Notes: generated by a model not told the origin, from the letters alone. Positions 19,113 through 29,897 are shown, numbered from the stretch's first letter. The stretch is DNA of 64,000 bases from Parcubacteria group bacterium (GCA_016188785.1 JACPHD010000001.1:26300-90299); one strand, 5' to 3'. A program made the numbers and translations.

Positions 19113-20915
19113 TTATTGATTCTGTTGAATAAATGTCACAACAATATCACCCTCGCTTAATCCTGACAAAACTTCAACCAAGCCGTTATCGCCGCGCAAA
19201 CCCAGGCTTACCGGAACTTCTTTAAGCTCCTGGCCGGACAGCAGTCTGGCGAATCGGCCATGGTTTTTTTCAACCACCGCCCGCGCCGGTATGATTAAAA
19301 CCCCGGGGTTTTTCGCTGTGATGATATTAGTGTTAGCGGTCATGCCTGATTTTACGGCCAGCTTTTTTCCGTCAAAATTAATTTTCACTTTGTAATAGAC
19401 TACCTCCTGAATCACGGTTTCAGCCGGCTCAATAAAATTAACCTGGCCGGCGAATTTAATATCCTGGCCGAAAGCGTCCAAGGTAATTTCCACCGGATTA
19501 TTGATCGCCACTTTGGTTATGTCAGCTTCGGAAACATTAACTTCAATTTGAAAATTACTTGCGCCCAAAAGAGAGAAAACCGTCTTACCTGGCGCGAACT
19601 GTTCGCCGGCTTCATAATTTTTTTTAGTAATAGCGCCGTCCGCCGGCGCTTTAATGATATTATTGGCGATTTGATTTCTTATTAAATCCAGGGCGGCTTG
19701 GGCCTGGCTTACTTGCGCCTGGCTCAAATTTATATCTTGAGCGCGCGCACCGGCCTTAAGCTGATTGAGCTGGGCTAAGGCCACCTGCCAGGCGCGGTAA
19801 GCATTATCAACCTTGGCGCTGGCCCCGGCCAGCTTTTCGGCCGCCTGGGCCTCGGCCGTAGCCAGCGCGTCTTTAGCCGCCGCCAGCGCATTGTTTAAAT
19901 TATTAAGCGCATCATTTAAATTATTCTGCGCGGTCTCTAAAGCGGAAATTCCGGTTGTCACGTTGGTTTGCTGGGCGCTCACATTGGTTTTGTAAGTATC
20001 AAGTTTAGTTTGCGTAAAACTGCCGCCGGCAATACTGGCTTCCAGCAAACTATAGCCGTCTTTTAAAGCGCTAAAAGTCTGATTTAGAGCCTTTGCAGTA
20101 TTATCCAGCGCCTGATTTATAGCCGAGCTGGACTGATTTAATTTAGCCGAAATTAAACTGACTTTAGCCGCGGCTAAAGCCGTATTAGCCTGGCCATAGC
20201 TATTCTTGGTGACGGCTAGCAGAGCGGCATTACCCGCGCCTAAAAAATTTTTAGCGTCGTTGTCTGTTAAAATAGTGTTAATATTATCCAGGGCGTTAGC
20301 GGCCACGGGAATTTTCGCCTCCATCACGGTTAAGGCCGCTACCTGGTAGTTTTTCACGGTTTGCTGTTCTTTAGTAATAAGGCCGCCTGAAGTTAAAGAC
20401 AAATCATCAAGATTTTTCTGCGCTTGAACTATACTTAAGGCAGTCGTGTTTTTTATTTTTTCCGCTTCATTCACGGCCGAAGCATAAGCGGTTTTCGCTT
20501 GGTCTACGTTGGCCTGGCTGACGGCTAACTCGCTGGCCGTGGCGCCGGCTAAAAGTTTGGCTAAATTAGCCTGGGCCACGCGCAGATTAGCTTGGGCTTC
20601 TTTGTCTTTTAAGGCCAAATCGCTTAAATCCAGCTCGGCCAAGACCTGATCTTTTTTAACTTTATCCCCGACCGCGACGTATATTTTAGCGATTTTACCC
20701 GTGGCCGGAAAATTCAAATCTATTTCCTGGTTAGATTTAACCGTTCCGGTCTCGCTCACGGTCTGGATTAAATCGCCGCGCGCGGCTTTAGCCGTAATAT
20801 ACTGGACGGCCGGTTTTTTATTTAAAAAGAAGTAAAAGCCAGCGCCCGCGGCTAGTAAAACTAAAATTATAAAATATTTATTTTTAAAAATTTTTACCCC
20901 GTTAGAAGTTTGCAT
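19113..20915 (-). CDS. Efflux RND/MacA-type periplasmic adaptor (membrane fusion protein)
   Basis: N-terminal TM, lipoyl-like GDKVKKDQVLAELD and IKAPADG, long coiled coil, VEVLSGLSEGD. Confidence 0.9.
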   Translation of the reverse strand: MQTSNGVKIFKNKYFIILVLLAAGAGFYFFLNKKPAVQYITAKAARGDLIQTVSETGTVKSNQEIDLNFPATGKIAKIYVAVGDKVKKDQVLAELDLSDLALKDKEAQANLRVAQANLAKLLAGATASELAVSQANVDQAKTAYASAVNEAEKIKNTTALSIVQAQKNLDDLSLTSGGLITKEQQTVKNYQVAALTVMEAKIPVAANALDNINTILTDNDAKNFLGAGNAALLAVTKNSYGQANTALAAAKVSLISAKLNQSSSAINQALDNTAKALNQTFSALKDGYSLLEASIAGGSFTQTKLDTYKTNVSAQQTNVTTGISALETAQNNLNDALNNLNNALAAAKDALATAEAQAAEKLAGASAKVDNAYRAWQVALAQLNQLKAGARAQDINLSQAQVSQAQAALDLIRNQIANNIIKAPADGAITKKNYEAGEQFAPGKTVFSLLGASNFQIEVNVSEADITKVAINNPVEITLDAFGQDIKFAGQVNFIEPAETVIQEVVYYKVKINFDGKKLAVKSGMTANTNIITAKNPGVLIIPARAVVEKNHGRFARLLSGQELKEVPVSLGLRGDNGLVEVLSGLSEGDIVVTFIQQNQ

Positions 20916-20979
20916 AATAATTTAATCCTAGAAATATTACTTTATTCTTTCCCGTTAAAATTATAACTTCTAACGGGGT
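20896..20979. repeat. ACCCCGTTAGA-type inverted-repeat element, copy 3
   Basis: accccgttagaagtt...aacttctaacggggt; supplies the MQTSNGVK start. Confidence 0.8.
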
Positions 20980-20996
20980 TCCTCCTTGTAAAAGAT

Positions 20997-21404
20997 CTAG
21001 CTATGGCCGGCGGTTAAGTCCAGGTTGGCAATAATTTTTTTAAATTTAACCACGAATTCATCAAGATTAAAATCGGTTTTTATCAGATAAAAATCCGCTC
21101 CCAGCGCCTGGCCGCGTTGCCGGCTGTCCGCGTCGCTCAAATTGGTGAAAATAAAAACCGGTATCAGAGAAATCTCCGGCTCGGCTTTAATTTCGGCCAG
21201 CAAATCAAAACCGTTCACTTGCGGTAGAATAATATCCAAAATAATATAATCAGGCTTAAGAGTTTTTATCTTTTCCATCACCTCGGTTTTATCCGCGCCT
21301 TCATCGGTTATAACTTCAAAACCGGCCACTCTGAATTTAGCCTGCAGGCCGTAAAGCAGATTAGCCTCGTCTTCAATTATTAGAATTTTTTTGTTTTGGC
21401 TCAT
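20997..21404 (-). CDS. Single-domain response regulator (CheY-like receiver)
   Basis: ILIIEDE, ILDIILP, FTNLS, YLIK. Confidence 0.9.
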   Translation of the reverse strand: MSQNKKILIIEDEANLLYGLQAKFRVAGFEVITDEGADKTEVMEKIKTLKPDYIILDIILPQVNGFDLLAEIKAEPEISLIPVFIFTNLSDADSRQRGQALGADFYLIKTDFNLDEFVVKFKKIIANLDLTAGHS

Positions 21405-21416
21405 AAAGTAATTATA

Positions 21417-21809
21417 CTAATTTTTCAATGATTTTACAACTCTAGCCGCTTTGGCCGCGCCCCGCTCGTCCGAGCCGAAATGATGCGCGATTTCATGCCT
21501 GACCGTGGCAATAATTTTTTGCTTTAGTTCGTTTTTAGTCACGCATTGGCTTAAAATGGCTTTCCTAAAGATAGTAATCCGGTCAGGCAAAACCGGGCCA
21601 AAATTCAATCTTTTAGCTTGAGCATAACCTTCAAACAAACCAAATAATAAATCGCCGCGCTTTAATTTCATTTTATTAAGTTGCGCGGAAGTCGGTTTGT
21701 CTTGAACGAAAATTGCCGCGTTATTCAGCTTGCTCTTAAATTTAGCCGGCAAGCCGTCCAGCGCTTGTTCAACCAATTTTTCAAATTCTTGTTTGCTTAT
21801 ATTTAACAT
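21417..21809 (-). CDS. Zincin-like metallopeptidase family protein (DUF1025)
   Basis: LFGLFEG, PDRITIFR, HEIAHHFG. Confidence 0.85.
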   Translation of the reverse strand: MLNISKQEFEKLVEQALDGLPAKFKSKLNNAAIFVQDKPTSAQLNKMKLKRGDLLFGLFEGYAQAKRLNFGPVLPDRITIFRKAILSQCVTKNELKQKIIATVRHEIAHHFGSDERGAAKAARVVKSLKN

Positions 21810-21893
21810 AATTTTTTGCTGATTTATAGCTTTATTTTAATAAAAATGCCCTCTTTAATAAAGGGAGCTACATAAATAATCTAAATAATTTTT

Positions 21894-22892
21894 TTAAAGG
21901 CAAGGCGAATATGATAATGATTTAATATAATTTTCCATAAATTCAAAATTAGGCTCGCCTTTTTTATTCACAGGCAAAAAGATTTTTTCTTGCATAATCC
22001 TTGTTCGCGATCTTTTTCTGCCAAAACTATATCTAAACGTTTGCATGTTTAATATTGAAGTAAAAAATAAGGCAATATATTTATTTAGAATAAAATTTAT
22101 TGGTTCTAAAATATTTGGATCACCCGAGGAGCTAAATCTATTTTCTTGATAAAAAGCTTTTCCATCTGTAGCGCCGTCAATCGTGATAACATTTCCATTT
22201 TCAACATACTTGTCAGAAGTACAAACAACCCCATTATTTTTATTGCTGGCTGTTATATATAAATACTCGCCAGAACAAATTTCATCCCTAGTAAAACTTT
22301 TTTTTGTTTTTCTTACATTAAATAATTTTGACAAATCAAATTCTTTAAATTCATTCTTTTTTAGTTTTAAAGCTTTATTTTTAATGATTTTACTATCATA
22401 TCTTATTTCTTTAGATAAACCTTTAATATAATTTTCCATAAATTCCCAATCAGGTAATTTATTTTTGGTAGCCGGAAGCAGTATTTTTTCTTTTTTTAAT
22501 CTCTCATTATTTATTTCTCTGGCAAAATTATATTTGCTTTTCATTGATTCAATGATTGGCTTAAGAAATAATGAAATATAATTATTTAATTTTATTTTTT
22601 TGTCTTTAATTTTAATTACTGTGCAATGGTCAGAGGCAACAAACTTGTAAGGGTGATAAAAACAATAACCAACGCTCCCGCTATTATTTAGTGTTAGTGC
22701 ATTCTTATATATCTTCATAAAACTCGGAGGAAGTATATAATTATCAACCCCATTATTTTTTTTGCTTGAAGAAATATACGATATATCACCCATAACTTGA
22801 TCTATTTTTACTAATCTCTTTCCCCGTGATATGGTAAAAACTTTAGCAAAATTAAATTCTTGCCAATTATTTTTATTAATCTTCATAATCAT
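21894..22892 (-). CDS. Restriction-modification specificity subunit (two TRDs; BcgI beta-like)
   Basis: Duplicated halves with NNGV, KY.F.R and LP....PDWEFMENYIK / PNFEFMENYIK. Confidence 0.85.
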   Translation of the reverse strand: MIMKINKNNWQEFNFAKVFTISRGKRLVKIDQVMGDISYISSSKKNNGVDNYILPPSFMKIYKNALTLNNSGSVGYCFYHPYKFVASDHCTVIKIKDKKIKLNNYISLFLKPIIESMKSKYNFAREINNERLKKEKILLPATKNKLPDWEFMENYIKGLSKEIRYDSKIIKNKALKLKKNEFKEFDLSKLFNVRKTKKSFTRDEICSGEYLYITASNKNNGVVCTSDKYVENGNVITIDGATDGKAFYQENRFSSSGDPNILEPINFILNKYIALFFTSILNMQTFRYSFGRKRSRTRIMQEKIFLPVNKKGEPNFEFMENYIKSLSYSPCL

Positions 22893-24858
22893 CGCCGTTA
22901 TTATTTAAAATTTCAGCCGCCCTAATATTATTCTCATTAAGAATTTCTAGTAATGTAATTTCATCAATATCCTTATCTAGCAAATCTAATTTTAGTTTTG
23001 TAGAGAAAATAACATACTCTTTAATGCTTTTTTCAAAAGTCTTTTCTGATAAATTATCATAATTTGTTTTTGCATGTGCTTGAATTATCCACTCGTCATT
23101 TCCTATTATTTCTTTATAGACTAAATTTATAAAATCTTCGTTTTCTTTTGGACGGTTAAGTTTTTTTAATAAATCTTTTTTTATACCATTCCATTTGTCT
23201 AAAACATCTGTTCTTCCTTTATTTTTAGATAAAACAAGACCATCATTTTTTAAATCATAAAAGACAACTTTGTTGTTATTATGAGGTTTATTTGTTTAAA
23301 AAACTGCTATGGCGGTATGCGTTGAGGCATTTGGTTGAAATAACTCAATCGGCATATTAATAACATATTTTAATGTGTGTTTTGATAAAATTCTATTTCT
23401 ATCAATATCATCTTTAAAATATGTGGAGAGCGGGGCAATTATAACCCCGTATCTACTAGAATTATCTAGCATCTTTTCTAAAAATTGAATTTCTTTTTTA
23501 GTGGGATTTTTTTTATTATCTTTACCGCCATACGGAGGATTTACAAATCCTATTGTAGGTTTATTCGGTAACTTATTTAAAATATTGTTTGTTTCATTTG
23601 AGAAAAAATCTTCATTAAAAATTTGAGATTTTCCATCTCCCCTAAAAAGCATGTTAGAAATCGCCAATGAATACATTGTACTACTTTTTTCAAGTCCAAT
23701 CAGTTGTTTGGTTTTTATATTTTTAATTCTTTCTTTTTTATCTGATAAATTTGATTTTTCAATTTCATCAACAAGTTTATTCATTCCCGCGATTAAAAAC
23801 GCCCCCGTTCCGCAAGCCGGATCAAAAATTACATCGTTTGTCTTAATATCAATTAATTCTGTAAATAAAGTAGTGATATGATTTGGAGTTAATATAATTC
23901 CTTTTTTTACACTTGTTATCCCCGCGTATCTTAAAAATTCTTCATAAAATTTTCCTATTATATCGTATGAAGTTTTTTTATCAAAAAGAGGTATTACTTT
24001 TTCTTCAAGTTCTTTTAAAATATCTTTTAAAATATTTGTGGAATTTAAATCATTATCAGTTTTTATAAAAGTTAATTCATTGGTTAATACCTCTATCTTA
24101 TTTTTATCAATTTTCTCACTTTCTAAAATATCGCTTATGGTCGTAGGCATATTTCTAATAATTGTTTGGGTATTCCATAAACTATAACTATTTTTAAAAT
24201 CTGACCCGCTATCTTTTGGGTATAGACAAATCATTAAAGCGCTTAAAAGCACCGGTCTTTTTTGAGAATCTAAGTTTCTTAACAACCTATTGATTTCGCT
24301 TGATGATTTTGAAATATCATTAGATATTTTTTCTAAATCAATGTTCTCAAAAAAAGCTAAATAATCTTCTTCGTCTAAAATTTCACTCTTACTAATATTT
24401 TGAATAAAGTTATTTTCAATAATATAAGTATCAAGTCTATGATTATATTCATCATTAATATCTCCAGAAAAAGCAATTCCTACTATTTTCCAATTTTTTA
24501 AATATTTTTTTATTGTTTCTTTTTCTTGACTTAATTTTTCGCTTGTGAAAAAAGATAAATAATGTTTTATTCCGTCAACGGCAAAATCCACAGGATCATC
24601 TTCATTTTTAGAAACATGGTTTTTTATTTGATCTTTATTTTCAATTAAAATCAATAATTTTTTTATTTCATTTACATAAATCAAATCCGGATAACCATGT
24701 TTTCCAGTTTCTTTTTTGCTTGTTTTATCTAAAATTTCTTGAATATATTTATTATTTTGTTTCTGGACATTCCAGCTATTAGTATACCGCCTATTCTCTT
24801 TAATAAAATTAAATAGATTAATATCTGTTTTTGCTTCGTTTTTTCTCAAATTTGCCAT
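22876..24858 (-). pseudogene. Type IIB/BcgI alpha-like fused endonuclease-N6 adenine methyltransferase with an in-frame premature TAA
   Basis: GYPD...IENK nuclease-like N-terminus, DPACGTGAF, NPPY. After the TAA at 23296-23298 the same frame stays open (TNKPHNNKVVFYDLKNDG...KNKGRTD...) to a stop at 22876 that overlaps the S-subunit start. Confidence 0.8.
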
Positions 24859-24945
24859 ATCGTTTTATTGATATAAACTAGGATTATTTAAAGCTCTCTA
24901 TAATTATAGCGTAATTTAGCTTAAAATAAAAATTAGAATCAAAGT

Positions 24946-25557
24946 TTAAGCGAATTTTCTAATCACTCCCCTGACCACTCCCTGAATTAGCGGGTCGGCC
25001 GCGTAAATCGGCTTCATGGCTGAATTAGCCGGCTGCAGTCTGATGCGCGCCTGCTCGCGGTAAAATTTTTTCAAAGTGGCATAAGCATTGTTTAAAAGCG
25101 CTACCACCACATCGCCGTTTTGCGGCGACGGATTGCGCTCCACGATTACATAATCGCCGTCTAAAATTCCGTCTTCAATCATTGATTCGCCTTTAACTTT
25201 TAAAACGTAACTATTGGCGCTGTCGGTTACGAAATCAGCCGGCACGGCGATCGTGTCTTGTTCTTCAACCGCTTCGATCGGTTCGCCGGCTGTTATCAGG
25301 CCGACTAACGGCAATTCTAAACTGGCGGTCCAATTCACGGCCGTGGGAATAATTTCAATTGAGCGCGCTTGATTAAACGAAGTTTTTAGCATCTGCTTTT
25401 TCTCCAAAGTTTGCACATGCGCGTGAATCGTGGCCGGACTGGCTAAATTAAAATGCCGGCCGATTTCTCTTAAGCTGGGCGCGTAGCCGTTATCGCGCGT
25501 AAATTCAGTTATAAAATCCAGAATTTGCCTTTGTCTTTTGGTTAAATTGTTGCCCAT
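24946..25557 (-). CDS. lexA: SOS repressor LexA
   Basis: LTKRQ..PSLREI winged HTH, cleavage site TAG-EP, catalytic Ser (GESM) and Lys (ATLKK); likely start MGNNLTKRQ at 25557. Confidence 0.95.
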   Translation of the reverse strand: MGNNLTKRQRQILDFITEFTRDNGYAPSLREIGRHFNLASPATIHAHVQTLEKKQMLKTSFNQARSIEIIPTAVNWTASLELPLVGLITAGEPIEAVEEQDTIAVPADFVTDSANSYVLKVKGESMIEDGILDGDYVIVERNPSPQNGDVVVALLNNAYATLKKFYREQARIRLQPANSAMKPIYAADPLIQGVVRGVIRKFA

Positions 25558-25597
25558 ATAGTTTATGTTAAAAATTAGTTTTCCACAATACTCTTTT

Positions 25598-25626
25598 ATC
25601 ATACACGAACAAAATACGAAAGTCAA
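25598..25626 (-). promoter_or_regulatory. sigma70 promoter of lexA with a TTCGT-N6-TTCGT direct repeat (candidate LexA operator)
   Basis: Minus strand TTGACT-ttcgtattttgttcgtg(17)-TATGAT. Confidence 0.7.
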
Positions 25627-25727
25627 GAGCTTGCGCTATTTTGACTATTTTTTTTATTTATGCTTTAATAAATATTAACTGGCTCTGTCACCTTTTAACT
25701 TCAAAACTCTTAACAGGGGGATGAAAA

Positions 25728-26222
25728 ATGTTAGAGGAAAAAGCGGTAAGAGAGTTCTTTTTAGAAACTAACAAATGGATCTTAGAGGAAAAACCTACTC
25801 CAATAATGAACACGTATTCCTGCTTTTCCCAGGCGCTAATACATAATAATGGCGCGCTTCATTATATGAATGTCTGGACAGAAACAGAAGAAAAGAACGT
25901 TAGTCAGATCATTGGCCAGGTTCTTATCTGGCACCGAAAAAAAGGACCGCTTTGGGGAATGAATTACGACGGTTGGCAAAAGAATGACGAAAAGATAAAC
26001 GATCTGCGGAGCAATCTTCTGATAAAAACTTTATCAGGGGAAAAATATTTTCAACGTTCGGTCTCTGGATCTACAGTTGATGGGTTGTTGTATCAAAACG
26101 AAATAGAAGGAGGATTTCAATTATTTGAAATTAAAACCTCAATTTTTCCTAATAACGACCATGTTAATCCTGTAACCCGCTTCACCTATCACGGCCGCGC
26201 CTTAGTCAACCTCGGTCTCTAA
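25728..26222 (+). CDS. Hypothetical protein, DUF5680-like
   Basis: WGMNYDG, YQNEIEG, YHG motifs; GGGGA RBS; followed by a terminator. Confidence 0.55.
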   Translation: MLEEKAVREFFLETNKWILEEKPTPIMNTYSCFSQALIHNNGALHYMNVWTETEEKNVSQIIGQVLIWHRKKGPLWGMNYDGWQKNDEKINDLRSNLLIKTLSGEKYFQRSVSGSTVDGLLYQNEIEGGFQLFEIKTSIFPNNDHVNPVTRFTYHGRALVNLGL

Positions 26223-26229
26223 CCCTTTC

Positions 26230-26265
26230 TTCCCGCCGGCTTGAACGTTCGGCGGGAATTTTTTT
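26230..26265 (+). terminator. Intrinsic terminator
   Basis: ttcccgccg...cggcgggaa followed by T7. Confidence 0.75.
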
Positions 26266-26323
26266 AAAAGAAAAGACTGGACGCGGTTAATAGCATCCAG
26301 TCCTGATTTATTGGCAAGCAAAA

Positions 26324-27811
26324 TTATTTAATGTGCAATTCGGTTACCTTGCGAAAATGATAACCGTTAATAGCCGACTCCACGGCCAAAGGAAATAGAC
26401 GCGGCCGGCAGAATAAAACCCAGGCCAATAGGGCCCAAAATTGCCGCCGTCCACCCGATTCTGCCAACCCCAAATGCCAGCAGGCGCGGAAAAAGGCTAA
26501 AACACGCTGGCAATTGATCGGCTGACTAACTTTCGGAGTTGGAAATTCTCTTAAAAACGTCCTTACCCGCCGGTAGTAATTGGGCGGCGAGTATAAGTAC
26601 TTCATCACGAAACCATAACCGTCGCGCAATACCTTAAAACCCATAAGCGGCACGATGTTGGTACTGCCGTCCACGTTGTCGCCGGACATTTGCCCGGTAA
26701 GCCGGTTAGCCAGCTTAAGCCTCTGCCAAAGCTTAGTGCCATAAGGCGCGCTAAGCATGCCAACCATAGCCATAGTAATACCGCTGCGCATGACAAAGAC
26801 AATCTGGCGATTGAAAATAGTAGCCGGATCATCCGGGTCAAAGCCGACGATAAAACCGCCCATTACTAAAAGGCCGGCCCGCTGTAAAGTTTCCACATCA
26901 GTCGCCAGATTACGCCCCATATTCTGCGTCTTGCGACAGTCTGATAGGGCCGCTTGATTCGGCGTCTCAATGCCGATGAAAACCGAATCAAATCCGGCCT
27001 CCACTATCAGGCTAACTAATTCGTTGTCTTGAGCCAGATTGATAGAAACTTGAGTGAAGAAAGGCGCGCGATAGTTCACTTTTTTTTGCCAAGCAATAAG
27101 CGCCGGCAGAAGTTCAGCCTTGAGACGCTTCTTGTCGCCGATTAAATTGTCATCAACGAAAAACACCTTGCCTCGCCAGCCGGCGGCCCATAATTGGTCA
27201 AGCTCGGCAATTACTTGCCTGGCGGTTTTAACGCGCGGACTATGGCCGAACAGCCGGGTCACGTCGCAGAATTCGCACTGAAACGGACAGCCGCGCGACC
27301 ATTGCACGCTCATGGAAGCGTAAGCCTCCATGTCTAAAAGGTCCCAGCGCGGAATAGCCGCCTGCTCCATGTCAGAAAATTCGCTGGAAGCATAGAGGCG
27401 CTTTAGTCTGCCTTGCGCCAAGTCGGCTAAAAAAAGCGGCAGGGTGATTTCCGCCTCATTAAGCACAAAATGATCCACCGCGGCAAAGGCCTCATGATCA
27501 ACCGTGAACAAGGGGCCGCCGGCCACGATTTTTTTTCCGGCTGAACTACAGCGAGCGATCAGCCGCTCGGCCGATGTTCGCTGTACCGCCATGGCGCTAA
27601 TAAAGACATAGTCAGCCCAATTCAGGTCATCATCAGTTAACGGTTCAACATTCAAATCAACTAAGCGCGCCTGCCAATCCGCGGGCAACATCGCCGCCAC
27701 GGTAATAAGACCAAGCGGCGGAAAAGCCGCCCGTTTGCGGATAAAGCGCAGAGCATACTTAAAACTCCAAAACGTGTCCGGATACTCCGGATAAACCAGT
27801 AAAATTTTCAT
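26324..27811 (-). CDS. B12-binding radical SAM protein with DUF4070-like C-terminus
   Basis: PPLGLITVAA cobalamin-binding N-terminus, CPFQCEFC cluster motif, FVDDN, GFIVGFD. Confidence 0.9.
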   Translation of the reverse strand: MKILLVYPEYPDTFWSFKYALRFIRKRAAFPPLGLITVAAMLPADWQARLVDLNVEPLTDDDLNWADYVFISAMAVQRTSAERLIARCSSAGKKIVAGGPLFTVDHEAFAAVDHFVLNEAEITLPLFLADLAQGRLKRLYASSEFSDMEQAAIPRWDLLDMEAYASMSVQWSRGCPFQCEFCDVTRLFGHSPRVKTARQVIAELDQLWAAGWRGKVFFVDDNLIGDKKRLKAELLPALIAWQKKVNYRAPFFTQVSINLAQDNELVSLIVEAGFDSVFIGIETPNQAALSDCRKTQNMGRNLATDVETLQRAGLLVMGGFIVGFDPDDPATIFNRQIVFVMRSGITMAMVGMLSAPYGTKLWQRLKLANRLTGQMSGDNVDGSTNIVPLMGFKVLRDGYGFVMKYLYSPPNYYRRVRTFLREFPTPKVSQPINCQRVLAFFRACWHLGLAESGGRRQFWALLAWVLFCRPRLFPLAVESAINGYHFRKVTELHIK

Positions 27812-27864
27812 CTGTCTTACTCCTCTTGGTTGTTAGTTAACTCAATATTCCAGCGAACATAATT

Positions 27865-28041
27865 TGAGATGGTTTCAAAACTCTTTCGTCGCGAAATTTC
27901 AGTTTTTCCGGCGAGACGAGGAAGGCGAGTAAAAAGGATTGAACCGTAATAGAATTACGGCGAAAGCCTTTTTACGAAGCCTGACGAAGTCGCAGCCGAA
28001 AAAATGAAATTGCAGCAGAAATGAGTTTTGAAACCATCTCA
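27865..28041. repeat. MITE-like element with 19-bp perfect terminal inverted repeats
   Basis: tgagatggtttcaaaactc ... gagttttgaaaccatctca; the interior is also hairpin-rich. Confidence 0.75.
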
Positions 28042-28151
28042 TTATCTTACTAAAATTTAAACTGAACAACAAGGCGGCTGTTATTTATTCAGCTACACTA
28101 AAATAAAGAAGAACGCGCCCTTGGGAATTTATCCGAGGGCGCGAAACTGGT

Positions 28152-28448
28152 CTAGCCATGCCACTTTTTTGCCGTCCTCGGCGGCATTGATGGCTTTGCT
28201 TCTCTTAAAGCTTTAAGAAAGTTTTCCCTTTTTTCTTCGGTTCTTTCAACTATTTCCCGAAGCAGAAAAAATTTTTCTTCAAGCGAAAGTATCACTTGGG
28301 CAAGAGTGAGAAATTGTTCCACCCTTACCAATCTTTCTTGAGAAGACATTGAACGTCCGATAGAAAAAAGAGAAGTTAACTCCGAGCTAACACGGTCAAC
28401 AAATTGGAGCAATTTGTTGACCGTTTCTTCTAATAACCCTTTTTCCAT
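28152..28448 (-). CDS. Hypothetical helical protein
   Basis: 98 aa ORF, AGGAGG RBS, downstream GC hairpin at 28114-28143. Confidence 0.6.
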   Translation of the reverse strand: MEKGLLEETVNKLLQFVDRVSSELTSLFSIGRSMSSQERLVRVEQFLTLAQVILSLEEKFFLLREIVERTEEKRENFLKALREAKPSMPPRTAKKWHG

Positions 28449-28573
28449 TTTATCTCCCTCCTTGTTCCATAATTATATTATAGCAGAAAAATTATTATTT
28501 TTCCATTAAAATTTTTGATTTTCCCTTTAATTATTTTATGGAAATATTACTTATTTAGCCGTCTTGATAAGAA

Positions 28574-29128
28574 TTATAATGGTAATTTTAAAACAATAAA
28601 TTCCTCTAAGTCATCTTTTATTAATAATCGTGATAACGATGATACTTTCTGCAATGAATAGCAAGGATTATGAGAAAATCCTATATATTCCACATTTTTA
28701 TTTAAATGTTTTACTTTTTTTATCGCTGGGTTTAAATCAGAATCAGATGAAATAATTATAGCCGTATCCCAGATATCGTCATACGCCCCAACCAATAAAT
28801 CAACTGCCAATTTAACATCAACGCCTTTTTCATGATAACCGCCACTGTTAAATAAAAAATTTCCTTTCTTAATAACAAATCCTTGCGCTGTTAAATTATT
28901 AAATAACCTTAACTGATTGGCTCGAAGATTTTGGCCTTTTTGATCGTTGTCTTTAGCTCTAATGGCCCCGACATAATAGCGGCAGGAAATAATTTCCCTG
29001 CCCCTGGCAAGTTTTTTACATAGCCCGACATAACTAAAATTAATAGTGTTAGTAATTTGTAGTTCCTTTAGTTTATGATATAAATTACTGCCATCAATAA
29101 AAACGGCCACTCTTTCATTTATTAACAT
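28574..29128 (-). CDS. NYN-domain (PIN-like, LabA/DUF88) ribonuclease
   Basis: FIDGSNLY, EKGVDVKLAVD, SSDSDL, VEYIGF. Confidence 0.92.
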   Translation of the reverse strand: MLINERVAVFIDGSNLYHKLKELQITNTINFSYVGLCKKLARGREIISCRYYVGAIRAKDNDQKGQNLRANQLRLFNNLTAQGFVIKKGNFLFNSGGYHEKGVDVKLAVDLLVGAYDDIWDTAIIISSDSDLNPAIKKVKHLNKNVEYIGFSHNPCYSLQKVSSLSRLLIKDDLEEFIVLKLPL

Positions 29129-29134
29129 AATATC

Positions 29135-29270
29135 AAAAACCCACCGTGCCCCCGAAGGGAGCAGAGTGGGTGATTTTAGCTAAATAAAGGAATTTCATCC
29201 ATTTTTCTGCGATACTTCCATGCGATACTTCCAATAGGGTAATACTACTTTAAAAAATTTCACTTGTCAA
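29135..29270 (-). promoter_or_regulatory. Promoter + leader RNA ending in a CUUCGG-capped hairpin/U-tract just before NYN #1
   Basis: TTGACA(29270-29265)-17-TAGTAT; 13-bp tandem repeat at 29208-29233; acccac..tcccttcggggg..gtgggttttt. Confidence 0.65.
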
Positions 29271-29333
29271 GACTTATCCACAGATAATATCTATTATAGC
29301 ATAAATTTTTATGATAACGAAATTCAGACATAT

Positions 29334-29897
29334 TTATTTTATTTCATACTCCCAGCCCGGCCGCCACGACTTTGTCTTGCGCCAATCTTGGGCAAAAGCC
29401 TCGGTCCAGGTCTTACCATTCAGTAAAACATCAAGCGCGAGTTGCGGAGCTTTATGCCCTACTATGGCAATATTTTTCCCGTCATAATTTTGCTTTAAAA
29501 AATTAAGAAAATCAGCAATTCGCTTCTTTACATCCTCATAGCTCTCGCCATCAGGAAACTTCTCGGTTATCATTTTTTCTTGCATTGGTTCAACAATACT
29601 GGATGGCTGGTTATTATATTTGCCATAATTACATTCGCGCAAGCGCGCATCAGCAATAATTGGCGTTATGCCCTCAAAAGTCAATTTTGCCGAATCAACC
29701 GCTCTTTTTAAATCAGAACAAAACGCCACGGCAAATTTTTTACCTGCCTGCGCAGGCAGGTCTTTAATTTTATCTTTTAATTCAACTGCCTGTTTTTCGC
29801 CTAATTTAGAAAGTTCAGCATCAAACCAGCCGGATGAAATTTCTTTCTCGTTGTCTATTGTTGTCCCATGAACAAAATAAGTTATTTTTATGGCCAT
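29334..29897 (-). CDS. Histidine phosphatase (phosphoglycerate mutase-like) family protein
   Basis: VHGTT, SDLKRA, RLRECNYG, GESY, VGH; contains a palindromic LPAQAG insertion. Confidence 0.85.
   Translation of the reverse strand: MAIKITYFVHGTTIDNEKEISSGWFDAELSKLGEKQAVELKDKIKDLPAQAGKKFAVAFCSDLKRAVDSAKLTFEGITPIIADARLRECNYGKYNNQPSSIVEPMQEKMITEKFPDGESYEDVKKRIADFLNFLKQNYDGKNIAIVGHKAPQLALDVLLNGKTWTEAFAQDWRKTKSWRPGWEYEIK

Noticed and set aside
23296-23298. Stop-codon reassignment (code 25) explaining the internal stop
   Set aside because: The stop is TAA, and TGA ends normal genes here (e.g. 8747, 15663, 48259), so code 11 applies.
29274-29282. Replication origin
   Set aside because: A single DnaA box with no cluster, no dnaA/dnaN and no switch in gene orientation.
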